Source: an archaeon
GTDB lineage: Archaea > Nanobdellota > Nanobdellia > Pacearchaeales > GW2011-AR1
Assembly (NCBI GenBank): GCA_018651605.1
Contig: JABIDS010000009.1
Coordinates: 19,966 to 83,965 of the forward strand
DNA length: 64,000 bases
Reading direction: 5' to 3'
Shown here: positions 20,435-29,257 of the stretch, in pieces
Layout of the letters: each line of letters begins with the position of its first letter
Numbering within the stretch: position 1 is the first letter of the stretch
Translations under genes and position numbers: made by a program
Notes under the pieces: model-generated
Told to the model about the DNA's origin: nothing
Database searches by the model: none
Seen by the model: the letters and a program-made list of their open reading frames with translations, nothing else

Positions 20435-20746
20435 ATGGAATTTTGTCCGAAATGTGGTTGTGTATTGGTTGAGAAAAAGAATAAGACTTTTGGTTGTCCT
20501 AGGTGTAGTTATAAGTCTAAGGATAAGGTGAAGTTGGAGACTTCTGAGAATATTGAAACAAAGAAAGAGATAACTGTTATAACTGATAATAGTGTTGATG
20601 TTTTTCCTGTGATAAATGCGACGTGTCCTAAGTGTGATAATAAAGAGGCTTATTTTTGGACGAGTCAGACTCGGGCTGGAGATGAAGCTGAGACGCGGTT
20701 TTTTAGGTGTACTAAGTGTCGGCATACATGGCGAGAGTATCACTAA
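20435..20746 (+). CDS. tfs: Transcription factor S (TFS, RpoM-like)
   Basis: Two Zn ribbons and the QTRAGDE acidic hairpin. Confidence 0.95.
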   Translation: MEFCPKCGCVLVEKKNKTFGCPRCSYKSKDKVKLETSENIETKKEITVITDNSVDVFPVINATCPKCDNKEAYFWTSQTRAGDEAETRFFRCTKCRHTWREYH

Positions 20747-20784
20747 GGTGATAGTTTTATAAAATATGTTGAATAATAATTCTT

Positions 20785-21471
20785 ATGAATAAGTTTAAAA
20801 CCAAAAATTATGAAATAATAAGTAAAGGAAAAATTACTGAAAAAATTATAAAAATATGTAAGGATTATTATAAAACAAATAAATTATTTTTTAATAAAGA
20901 TGGACCTTATTTAAAAATTATAATAACAAATACTGAGGAGGAATTTAAGAGATTGACTAAAAAATTTTACTCTCCTTGGGTAAAAGGAGTAAGTTTGAAA
21001 GGAAATAGGGTAATTTTAAGGGGTCCTGAATTGTATAAAAAAACTTATAAAAAATTTAAGGGTACTCAAAATCCTCAATTGTTGTTGACCCATGAAATTA
21101 ATCATATCTTTGCTTATCAAATTAATTTATATCGTGGACCTTATTGGTTTACTGAAGGATTAGCAACATATGTTGCAAAACAAATTCCTGGAAAGAGTTA
21201 TAAGAAAAGTTCAAAAATAACTAAGGAAGAAGCAAAAAGATTGATGTTTTATAGATTTATGCATAAAAATTTGAAACAAGATATGTATGTGGTTCATTAT
21301 AAGGCAATTGATTATCTTATAAAAAAATTTGGTAAAAAGAAATTATTAAAGTTAGTTAATTCTTATTCTAGAAATCTAAATAAAAAAAAGTATTTGAATT
21401 TGTTTAATAAGATATATGGAATTTCCTATGGGGATTTTATTAATGAATTTATAAAAGATACTAATTTTTAG
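20785..21471 (+). CDS. Putative zinc metallopeptidase (gluzincin, MA-clan-like)
   Basis: THEINH (HExxH) and WFTEGLATY downstream Glu motif. Confidence 0.75.
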   Translation: MNKFKTKNYEIISKGKITEKIIKICKDYYKTNKLFFNKDGPYLKIIITNTEEEFKRLTKKFYSPWVKGVSLKGNRVILRGPELYKKTYKKFKGTQNPQLLLTHEINHIFAYQINLYRGPYWFTEGLATYVAKQIPGKSYKKSSKITKEEAKRLMFYRFMHKNLKQDMYVVHYKAIDYLIKKFGKKKLLKLVNSYSRNLNKKKYLNLFNKIYGISYGDFINEFIKDTNF

Positions 21472-21492
21472 TTGTAGTATTTGGTGGGGGTA

Positions 21493-21639
21493 TCACTTCG
21501 CCAATAACTTTAACAACTCTTTATCTTGAAGCATTACTATGGCTATTGCTAGTTTTCTTTGTTCATCTTTTTGTTTTTCGATTTTTGAATCGTTTCTTGC
21601 TCTGGTTTTTAATACTTTTTGGTATTTTATTTTTTTCAT
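21493..21639 (-). CDS. 48-aa protein downstream of the Fic/Doc gene, candidate antitoxin
   Basis: Own translation: MKKIKYQKVLKTRARNDSKIEKQKDEQRKLAIAIVMLQDKELLKLLAK*; 17 nt after the Fic stop. Confidence 0.55.
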   Translation of the reverse strand: MKKIKYQKVLKTRARNDSKIEKQKDEQRKLAIAIVMLQDKELLKLLAK

Positions 21640-21656
21640 TTTATTTTTTGTTGTTT

Positions 21657-22205
21657 TTATTTATTTAATATTATATCAATAATGTAATCTTTAAGATTTT
21701 TTGAGTTTTTATTAATATATTTTTTTATCCATGTTTTTGCGCTTTTGAATGATATTTTGCTATTGTGGGATACTAGTTCTCTGATAAATATATCTGTAGG
21801 GTTTATCTTGGGGATTTCTAATTTATATCCTTTTGTTAGTAAGTGCGCCTTTGCTGTAATAAATGCGGCTCTTTTATTTCCATCTATAAAAAAATGTCCT
21901 TTTTTTGCAATTTCGTTAATGATAATTATTGTTATCCCTGATATGTCATTTGGAAAGTTTGATTCATAACTAATTATGTTATATGAGGCATTGTAGATTC
22001 CTCCTTCATCTCTTATTCCTTTATCTTCTTTTATCTCCATTGCGCCCTCATGACTTTGTTTTATTAATCTAATCATACTTTCTATTTCCTGTTTTGAAGG
22101 CTTTTTTCTTTCTTTATTCCAATAAGGGCTATTACAATTAGGACAAAATCTAGGACTTTCTTTTCTTGTTTTCCATTCATGATTGCATCTTAGACATTTA
22201 CTCAT
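21657..22205 (-). CDS. Fic/Doc-family protein with N-terminal zinc ribbon
   Basis: HFFIDGNKRAA Fic/Doc motif, GIRDEG motif, CLRC…CPNC. Confidence 0.85.
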   Translation of the reverse strand: MSKCLRCNHEWKTRKESPRFCPNCNSPYWNKERKKPSKQEIESMIRLIKQSHEGAMEIKEDKGIRDEGGIYNASYNIISYESNFPNDISGITIIIINEIAKKGHFFIDGNKRAAFITAKAHLLTKGYKLEIPKINPTDIFIRELVSHNSKISFKSAKTWIKKYINKNSKNLKDYIIDIILNK

Positions 22206-22211
22206 TTTATT

Positions 22212-22237
22212 CTATATAGTTTAATTAAGCTATATAG
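22212..22237. promoter_or_regulatory. 26-bp palindrome, candidate operator upstream of the Fic gene
   Basis: ctatatagtttaattaagctatatag has 12 of 13 complementary pairs and lies between the TATA box (~22250) and the start codon. Confidence 0.55.
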
Positions 22238-22359
22238 GTATATCTAACTATATAAATGTATTGATTGTTGATCTAGGGGTTATTAGTTTTATATTAACTA
22301 CTCTATTACAATAAAAATTTTCCTACTAAATTTAAATAATATTAATTCTTGTATATTGT

Positions 22360-22800
22360 ATGGGAATTTTGGGTAGGATTCGGGAATTGGAAAAAGGTTT
22401 GGGTGCAATTGTTGTTGTTCAGGAAGTGGAGTATCATAAGGAAAAAGTAGGTGTGTTGAATTTTGAAGATGAATGGTGTTCGGATTTTAGGAGAGTTGTT
22501 GATAAGCCAAGGATTACTCTGCCGGATGTTTTGAGAAGAAAAGTGGCAAAAGATGAATTAAGGAAAATCTATAATGATTCTAAATGTTATCAACTTATTA
22601 GAAAGTATTTGTGTGAAAAGGTTGTGTGGCGAGTTGGGTTAAGGGATGTGGAAAGGAGGAGAGAAGAGTTAGATATGAAGAAGCAGGCAGATGAATATTC
22701 TGGGTTGTTGGAAGAGGAAAGAAGGTTGAAGAAGATTCCTAAAAAGATAGTTGTTAATCTTGAGGGTAGGTCTTATGAATTTAATGATTTTGATTTTTAG
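22360..22800 (+). CDS. Hypothetical protein
   Basis: 146-aa ATG ORF with a TTTAAATA box upstream. Confidence 0.65.
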   Translation: MGILGRIRELEKGLGAIVVVQEVEYHKEKVGVLNFEDEWCSDFRRVVDKPRITLPDVLRRKVAKDELRKIYNDSKCYQLIRKYLCEKVVWRVGLRDVERRREELDMKKQADEYSGLLEEERRLKKIPKKIVVNLEGRSYEFNDFDF

Positions 22801-22847
22801 AGTTGTTACTAGTTGAATATATTGTATAAATTAAAAATTAATTAATA

Positions 22848-23027
22848 TTATCTTTTCTTAGAAGTTTTCTTAGCTTTCTTTTTCTTGACAGGTTTTTTCT
22901 TTGATTCAGTTATAGCTGATTCAAGTTTTTCCTGTTGTTCTGCTAATCTTAGAATTTGATCTTTTATCTCTAAAATATCTTTTCTAACTTCGCTGAATGA
23001 TTTTTTTAGGTTTGTTTCGATACTCAT
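22848..23027 (-). CDS. 59-aa coiled-coil protein with Lys-rich tail
   Basis: Own translation: MSIETNLKKSFSEVRKDILEIKDQILRLAEQQEKLESAITESKKKPVKKKKAKKTSKKR*; TTTATA box about 30 nt upstream. Confidence 0.7.
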   Translation of the reverse strand: MSIETNLKKSFSEVRKDILEIKDQILRLAEQQEKLESAITESKKKPVKKKKAKKTSKKR

Positions 23028-23146
23028 TTTATTATGTTGTTTTTAGTTATTGGTAGTATATAAAGGTTTTGATTAGTGTCATTTTAAAGTGGTATGTTTG
23101 AATGAAATATAGAAACCTTTAAAAATAACTATTATGGAGTTAAATT

Positions 23147-23773
23147 ATGAATAATGATACAAACTATTGGATAGAAATGAGTAATTTCCCTGAATCATAT
23201 TCTCTTTTGTTCAGAGAAGAAGAAAGATTATTAGATAAATATATCGGAGATCATGCAAATGTATTAGATCTGGGGTGCGGAGATGGTAGATCCTTAAAAC
23301 AATTATCACAAAAAACAAAAAATTTAGTTGGAGTTGATCATGATAAAAAAATAGTAAAAAAAGCTAATAGGGATTTACCTAATATAAAGATAATTTATAG
23401 CGAAGGGACAAGCCTTCCATTTGATGATGGATATTTTGATAATGTTTTATGTTTAGGAACTTTTACTAATTTGGGTGATGAAAGGATTAAAGTTTTGAGT
23501 GAAATGAAAAGAGTTTTAGATAGAAATGGTTCAATAATTATAACTGCTTATTCTGAGGATGCATTAGAAGACAGGTTAAAATTGTATGGAAGTAGCAATG
23601 TTGAAATAGAAGAAATAAAACCAAATGGAACTGTTTTGTTTAGAGATTCTGTAGATTCAATTTCAGAACAGTTTTCAAGAAGTGAATTAGAAACTATAAT
23701 TAGTAAGGCAGGTCTTAAGATAATGGAACTTAATAAAGCTGGAATTGTATATTCTGGTGTTCTTGGAAAATAA
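23147..23773 (+). CDS. Class I SAM-dependent methyltransferase
   Basis: VLDLGCGDG, LPFDDGYFD, EMKRVL. Confidence 0.88.
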   Translation: MNNDTNYWIEMSNFPESYSLLFREEERLLDKYIGDHANVLDLGCGDGRSLKQLSQKTKNLVGVDHDKKIVKKANRDLPNIKIIYSEGTSLPFDDGYFDNVLCLGTFTNLGDERIKVLSEMKRVLDRNGSIIITAYSEDALEDRLKLYGSSNVEIEEIKPNGTVLFRDSVDSISEQFSRSELETIISKAGLKIMELNKAGIVYSGVLGK

Positions 23774-23829
23774 AGATTAATTTATTTGAAACCAAAGATT
23801 AAAAAAGGCTTTTTTTCTTATTAATTTAT

Positions 23830-23904
23830 GGCTTGTTAGCTCAGTCTGGTTAGAGCACTAGACTCTTAATCTAGGTGTCGGGAGTTCAAATCTCCCACAG
23901 GCCA
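23830..23904 (+). tRNA. tRNA-Lys(CTT), copy 1
   Basis: Acceptor stem GGCTTGT/ACAGGCC, anticodon stem CTAGA/TCTAG with loop CTCTTAA, T-arm GGGAG-TTCAAAT-CTCCC. Confidence 0.95.
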
Positions 23905-23975
23905 TTTATATCTTAACACTAAATCTAAGATGTAGAAAATTATGAAGGATTAAATACATTTAGATATTTTGTAGC

Positions 23976-24719
23976 CTACTTGATCTTCTCACCTGACTCC
24001 CAAAGCATATAAAAATATTTTTTTAAACTATCAGCTAAAGAATCATTTTTAATCCATAGTGATAAATATTTATCTCCTTCAACAATCCTTATAGTAACAT
24101 CACTATCATCAATAATAGTAAATTTTGTAGTAATAAGAGGAATTTTTCTAATTTCAGCATTAATTTTCTTCCAGACTTTTAATTTATCGCTAGTTGCCTC
24201 CTCATCACTTGTTAAAATCTTAATCTTGACATTATCTTTAGCATTTTTTTCATAAGAATCGATATGAGGTTTATATGTTGAAAGTTCAGAAATTGTCAAC
24301 CATTCCCTTCTAACATTCTTATGAAGACTCACAGAAAGATTAAGATAATTCTTATAACCTTCAACAATTTTTATTTTATCAATCACTTCATCCTTGTTAA
24401 TCATAGCAAGTTCCCCTAATTCATTCATAATCCTGTCAGAATTATTAATAAAATTATCTAGTTCTTTTTCTTTTTTTTCTTTTAAGTAATTAAAGATTAT
24501 CTTAGGTGCAACTGAAACGAACTTTTTCGGACTACCGTCATACTTTTTTACAAATCCTTTGGCAGTTAAAGACTCTAATACTGAATATATCTTACTATTT
24601 GGAATTAAAGATTCCTTTGATATCTTATATGCAGTTGATATCCCATTTTTTATTAAATATATGTATGCCTTTGATTCATTAGTTGTCAAACCAAATTGCT
24701 TTAATTTCTCCATAATCAT
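23976..24719 (-). CDS. TrmB-family transcriptional regulator
   Basis: GLTTNESKAY…SKIYSVLESLTAKGFV wHTH and a C-terminal PLD-like sensor (FTIIDD). Confidence 0.88.
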   Translation of the reverse strand: MIMEKLKQFGLTTNESKAYIYLIKNGISTAYKISKESLIPNSKIYSVLESLTAKGFVKKYDGSPKKFVSVAPKIIFNYLKEKKEKELDNFINNSDRIMNELGELAMINKDEVIDKIKIVEGYKNYLNLSVSLHKNVRREWLTISELSTYKPHIDSYEKNAKDNVKIKILTSDEEATSDKLKVWKKINAEIRKIPLITTKFTIIDDSDVTIRIVEGDKYLSLWIKNDSLADSLKKYFYMLWESGEKIK

Positions 24720-24772
24720 AACTACCCAAGGGGGTTACTATTATATAAATATTTCTATTTATTATTTTTTTC

Positions 24773-25462
24773 ATGTCAAAAAAACTTATAAACCAACATG
24801 AAGAATTAAAAGAACAAAATATACGTAAACCACTTTATCCTTGGGCTCCAGAAATATATAATAATATGATGAACCCAATTTCACTTGAACCAATTAAAGA
24901 AAGAGCATGGAATCACTTTCTTTGGAACCTTGGTTTAACAATTACCTGGCCTATTACTGCACCCGGTTCATTTATTTGGGCCATGCAAAGAAATCTAAGA
25001 GGTAAGGGGCATTTTTCTGATGGATATATTGTTCTAGGATGTTTAACAGCACCCTACATCTTAGCTACAGAATCTAAAAGTTTCTTAACCAAAAGAACTG
25101 TAGCATTAAAATTTTCAAATATTGATGAATTATTAGAAGAAGAAACTATTTTAACAAAACCTGATGGAATAAATCCGGGGATTCGTTTTAGTACAAGAGA
25201 TAGAGGTAAAGACAGCCCTTATAGATTTGGAGACTCTTCTTCGAATACTGATAGATATGGATTTCTAGATTTAATTTTCCCAGATAACTTAGCTTTAGAT
25301 GATTTTTCAGCAATGTATTATGCAACTGCTAATAGAGAAAATCCTGGAAATCTGTATTTAGATTGTGAATATTTTCTAAAAGTAAATCCAGATGATACAA
25401 GAAGACTTTATGAAGAATTTGAAAAAGTGAGAAAACCTGGAGCAAATGATTTAAGAAAATAA
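24773..25462 (+). CDS. Hypothetical protein, possibly membrane-associated, divergent from TrmB
   Basis: 229-aa ORF with atypical composition. Confidence 0.7.
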   Translation: MSKKLINQHEELKEQNIRKPLYPWAPEIYNNMMNPISLEPIKERAWNHFLWNLGLTITWPITAPGSFIWAMQRNLRGKGHFSDGYIVLGCLTAPYILATESKSFLTKRTVALKFSNIDELLEEETILTKPDGINPGIRFSTRDRGKDSPYRFGDSSSNTDRYGFLDLIFPDNLALDDFSAMYYATANRENPGNLYLDCEYFLKVNPDDTRRLYEEFEKVRKPGANDLRK

Positions 25463-25510
25463 GTAAAGTTAGTACTATCAACTGTTTAAGATAATTTTTT
25501 CTAAAATAGA

Positions 25511-25543
25511 CACTGTGTCATATATAATCCAAAACTCTTAATC
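25511..25543 (+). repeat. 33-bp direct repeat ending in the tRNA-Lys anticodon-loop sequence (copy 1)
   Basis: cactgtgtcatatataatccaaaactcttaatc; 31/33 identical to 26208-26240. Confidence 0.8.
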
Positions 25544-25603
25544 CAACACATATATCAATAAGAAAATTAAAAAACCATAAATACCTCATAAATTCATACT
25601 CAT

Positions 25604-25678
25604 GGCTTGTTAGCTCAGTCTGGTTAGAGCACTAGACTCTTAATCTAGGTGTCGGGAGTTCAAATCTCCCACAGGCCA
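25604..25678 (+). tRNA. tRNA-Lys(CTT), copy 2, identical to copy 1
   Basis: Same 75-nt sequence as 23830-23904. Confidence 0.93.
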
Positions 25679-25682
25679 TTTA

Positions 25683-25760
25683 TGGCAGAGATTTTCACTC
25701 CAAGGAGTTTCCATAAAGGATGACTCAAAGGTTATTTGAGCCGCAAATCTCATCAGGCCA
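25683..25760 (+). repeat. Cloverleaf-like multi-hairpin trailer ending in a degenerate copy of the tRNA 3' end
   Basis: Closing stem gagattt/aaatctc; internal stems actc/gagt, tcc/gga and ctcaaa/tttgag; ends caaatctcatcaggcca. Confidence 0.6.
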
Positions 25761-25782
25761 TTTAAATTAATGTTAATAATTA

Positions 25783-26142
25783 TTAATCTCTTGAAATTAT
25801 TGAATTGAAGTCTAAATCATATGTTTTTCTTTGAATAACCTCAGAAGTAGTATCCGGATGTTTCTCCCTTGCATCTGAATAAATTACAGATAATTGATTC
25901 ACAAATTCATCATAATTTAATACTATTTCAGAACCTATTATATTTGGTACTCCAGATACAAAAGATAAGAATTGAAAATGATTTCTATAATTATCATTTC
26001 CTCTCATAGCTTCTTCAAACTCATTAGGAGAATTTCCGATAGTATCAACTGATTGAAGGACTTTATGAGCAAATTGTCCCACTACGGTTTCAATAGATTC
26101 ATTAATCCTTCTAATCTCTGATTCTTGTTTTTGAGTTACCAT
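25783..26142 (-). CDS. Hypothetical protein (likely start MVTQK at 26142)
   Basis: TTTATATA box about 25 nt upstream of this ATG; the longer call runs into the att-like repeat. Confidence 0.65.
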   Translation of the reverse strand: MVTQKQESEIRRINESIETVVGQFAHKVLQSVDTIGNSPNEFEEAMRGNDNYRNHFQFLSFVSGVPNIIGSEIVLNYDEFVNQLSVIYSDAREKHPDTTSEVIQRKTYDLDFNSIISRD

Positions 26143-26207
26143 ACGGATAATCTTCAGATATTTACTATATAAATCCTTCGATTTTAACAAATATACTAAA
26201 AAATAAT

Positions 26208-26273
26208 CACTGTGCCATATATAATCCAATACTCTTAATCTAAGTGTCGGGAGTTCAAATCTCCCACGGGCTA
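26208..26273 (+). repeat. att-like junction: 33-bp repeat fused to the 3' half of tRNA-Lys
   Basis: 26231-26273 (actcttaatctaagtgtcgggagttcaaatctcccacgggcta) matches the tRNA from the anticodon loop to the 3' end with 3 substitutions. Confidence 0.85.
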
Positions 26274-26294
26274 TTTTTATTTTTAGAAATATTA

Positions 26295-26483
26295 TTAACC
26301 TAAATCTTCTAAGGACTTCATAGCTTCATCAAATCTTTTTTCTGCCCTTACTGCAAAGAAATTTAAATCATGAATCCATTCTTGAGTTCTTGAATTATAA
26401 ATTGGAACTGCTAATCTTACTTCTTCACCAGCTCTTAATCTTCTTAATACCGGTTCTATGTAACAACAATCATAATCTGTCAT
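26295..26483 (-). CDS. Small hypothetical protein
   Basis: 62-aa ATG ORF within the island. Confidence 0.55.
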   Translation of the reverse strand: MTDYDCCYIEPVLRRLRAGEEVRLAVPIYNSRTQEWIHDLNFFAVRAEKRFDEAMKSLEDLG

Positions 26484-26522
26484 GAAATATTAGGGGGTTT
26501 GTAATTTATTAATATTTGGATA

Positions 26523-26819
26523 CTAAGATAGTCTATCTCCTTTTGCCCAATAATAAACTCTTCGAACATATTCATGCCAAGGAGTTCTTAATGAGTATTT
26601 ATTACATTCTTTATGGGAAGGACCTATAGACATTTGAGAACATGTCGTGGGTCTTCCGTAAGCTATTTCTCTATTCCTACGTAGTTCACATTCAGGAGTA
26701 GCTAATAATTCTTCGCCACTTTCTGGCAAGTTCTTAGGTGTATGTGCAGGAGCATCCCTTATAATAGTTTTTCTAATCCTCTTGGCAGATATATCTTCAA
26801 GACTTTCCTCTTTTGTCAT
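26523..26819 (-). CDS. Hypothetical protein
   Basis: 98-aa ATG ORF with a TTTAAATA box upstream. Confidence 0.6.
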   Translation of the reverse strand: MTKEESLEDISAKRIRKTIIRDAPAHTPKNLPESGEELLATPECELRRNREIAYGRPTTCSQMSIGPSHKECNKYSLRTPWHEYVRRVYYWAKGDRLS

Positions 26820-26928
26820 ATTGAATAATAGAAATAATATTATTTAAACATTTGTTATATAAAATAAGTAGTGAAAGCTAGAAATATTAATGAGATTAAA
26901 CTAAAAGAACAAAAAATAAAAATAAAAA

Positions 26929-27195
26929 TTAATGTACTGTTCTTTTTATAGCGTCGATATGTTCTGCGATTTCTTCGCCTTTTTTTGTCAACTCTATTAA
27001 TTTTATTCTACCTTTTTTTTCAAATTTCACTAGTCCTAATTCTTCTAGTGTTTGTAGTATCTTTACTGCATGTGAATACGTACAGTCTACTTCTTTCGCT
27101 AATACAGAACCGTATCTTGCCTTAGATAGTTTTCTTAAAGCTACCAACATTAGTGCTGGTTTCCTTCTGAAAAAAATGTCAAAATTATCTTTCAT
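26929..27195 (-). CDS. Winged-helix (MarR-like) DNA-binding protein
   Basis: LAKEVDCTYSHAVKILQTLEELGLV…LTKKG; start is 27195 or 27234. Confidence 0.85.
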   Translation of the reverse strand: MKDNFDIFFRRKPALMLVALRKLSKARYGSVLAKEVDCTYSHAVKILQTLEELGLVKFEKKGRIKLIELTKKGEEIAEHIDAIKRTVH

Positions 27196-27372
27196 TTTAT
27201 TGTGTTTCAATGAGTGCTTTTTTATGGTACTCATTTGAATCTATATATTTAAGTCATATATTAGCTTATAAAGCTTTCGTAGTAAAAATTTAACCAAGCA
27301 GTAACAAATTATTTTTACTTAATTTTTGAGTAGCGGGGTGTTACTACTTGTTTTTTGTTGGATTTTGGGAGA

Positions 27373-27490
27373 TTGGTTCGCCTTCGGCTCACGGCTTATT
27401 TTATGTCAGATTGGATGGCTTCGCCAACCCAATCTTCTAATTTTTTTGATAGTGTGAATATTTTATCTAGATATGAAAGGATGAGTAGAT
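27373..27490 (+). repeat. Dispersed palindromic element, subtype C
   Basis: ttggttcgccttcggctcacggcttattttatgtc, hairpin agattgg…ccaatct, gtgaatattttatc…ggatgag. Confidence 0.7.
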
Positions 27491-27559
27491 TGATTGTTAT
27501 AAGAATTTAGTTTTTTGTTGTTATGAGTGTTTGGTTTTTGAAATTTTATTAATAATAGT

Positions 27560-28174
27560 TTATTCATCAACACTTATTTCTTCGCCTGTGATTTCTTTAT
27601 ACATTGCTAGATAACCTTTGCTTGCGAGTTCGACTTTGTTTGCTACCATCTCAATTTCGGTGTTGTGGTTTGTTACAGATGTTTTCATGAATGTTTCAAT
27701 GTCTGGAGAAAGCAGGGCTTCGATAGCTTCTTGTTTTGAGATTGAGATTGTGAGGTCTTTATCTGTTGATGCTGCTTTTGTTGTTTGTAGATTGTTGTTT
27801 GTTATTTCAGAAGACCAGATTTCATTTTCTATTGCGAATTCAACGACAGGGTTTCCATAACCTATTAGAGATTTGTGTAAGTTGTTTACTCCTAATGCTA
27901 TTAAAAGATAATTTATGTATTCTTGATTGAATTCTATTGTTGCTTGTTCTATTACTTTTTGTTTGTCTACGAGTCCTTCTGCATTTGTGTTTGCAAAGAC
28001 AATATCTTTTAGAGGGTTTTCTATTGTTATTTGGTTTGTTGATTTTTTTGAGAAGAAACCGATTAGAAAGATTGCTATAATTATTATAGTTATTATTGTT
28101 AGTGTTAGTAGGACTTTTGAGATTTTTTTATGTTTTCTGAATTTATCTCTTATTAGAACTTTTTGATTCACCAT
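27560..28174 (-). CDS. Membrane-anchored hypothetical protein
   Basis: N-terminal basic stretch and TM; core-like codon bias. Confidence 0.75.
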   Translation of the reverse strand: MVNQKVLIRDKFRKHKKISKVLLTLTIITIIIIAIFLIGFFSKKSTNQITIENPLKDIVFANTNAEGLVDKQKVIEQATIEFNQEYINYLLIALGVNNLHKSLIGYGNPVVEFAIENEIWSSEITNNNLQTTKAASTDKDLTISISKQEAIEALLSPDIETFMKTSVTNHNTEIEMVANKVELASKGYLAMYKEITGEEISVDE

Positions 28175-28254
28175 TTTATGGGTTAAAAAAAGAGAGGGGA
28201 ATATTTAAATGTTATCACAATAATGTTTAAAAGTATTGATTGATTGATTTTTTT

Positions 28255-29208
28255 ATGCAAACTGCTGAAGAAACAAGGGTTGTGAAATTATCAAATCATG
28301 CTCGTAATGGTGAGATTGGATTGATTGCAGAATTAAATAATTCACAGTTTGGTAGGCTTGAAAGAACTCGAATAGATAATGGTTTTGGTGGAAATTTTGA
28401 TAGTCGTGATTCTTACGACCCGTTTTTATCTGGTTATATTGACCCCAATAATGTAAGAGGTTATTATTTAGATGGTGAAAAAACTATTTTAGGAAGCCCT
28501 GAATTAAAAGTTTGGATTGGAATAAAAGAAAGGTGGGATGATGGGGTTTATCAAAGAAAGGCAGGATATTATGAGTTTAGTGTTGATGAGGGAGACTCTG
28601 AAAAAATTATTTTATATGGAGATGTTGGAAAAAAAGATGTTTTAGAGAAAAGAATTAGTGTTGAATATGTTGTGGAGGATTATTCTGGAATTATTCTCCC
28701 AATTACTAGAGACAAGGTTGTTGATAATTTTAATGATGCTAGAGCTAGATATGATGATGGGAGTAATGTTGATTTTAAACAGCTTGAAGGTTTAGTAAGA
28801 GCTAGTGGATTTGATTTTGATAGTGAGCTTGCAAATTTAAAAGTATATGGTGAACAAAAAGCAATAGAAAGATATTCTTGTGTTGAAAATCTTGAAAAAG
28901 TTTTATATAGGTTAGAAGAGAGGGGATTTTATTTTGAAGATGGGCAGATTGATGATGAGACTTATGGGAAATTTATTGATATGGTTGGAAAAATAAATTT
29001 TCCTAATGATTGTTTGAAGGATCGGGCGATTAAACTATTAAATAAATTTTCTGAGTGTTATGCTTTGCATGCCTATGTTAAGGAGAAAGATCTTGAAGAG
29101 GATATTGAAAACCGTAGGAAGGAAATTGATAAAATGAGTAATGAAGCTACTCTGCTTAGTTGGAGAAGAAGAAAGTTGCAAGGAGAAGATATTCCTTTTG
29201 ATTTGTGA
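28255..29208 (+). CDS. Hypothetical protein
   Basis: Long ORF; ATG 28255 follows a TTTAAAA box. Confidence 0.7.
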   Translation: MQTAEETRVVKLSNHARNGEIGLIAELNNSQFGRLERTRIDNGFGGNFDSRDSYDPFLSGYIDPNNVRGYYLDGEKTILGSPELKVWIGIKERWDDGVYQRKAGYYEFSVDEGDSEKIILYGDVGKKDVLEKRISVEYVVEDYSGIILPITRDKVVDNFNDARARYDDGSNVDFKQLEGLVRASGFDFDSELANLKVYGEQKAIERYSCVENLEKVLYRLEERGFYFEDGQIDDETYGKFIDMVGKINFPNDCLKDRAIKLLNKFSECYALHAYVKEKDLEEDIENRRKEIDKMSNEATLLSWRRRKLQGEDIPFDL

Positions 29209-29257
29209 TAAAATAAATTTACAAAACCCTTAAATAATCTTAATTTCTAAGTTAGTT

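Noticed and set aside
25683..25760. Genuine extra tRNA (Sec, Pyl or other)
   Set aside because: No TTC T-loop, D-loop GG or 7-nt anticodon loop; kept only as a structured trailer
23830..26819. Intact provirus or plasmid
   Set aside because: No integrase, capsid, packaging ATPase or replication gene; only att-like scars and small cargo
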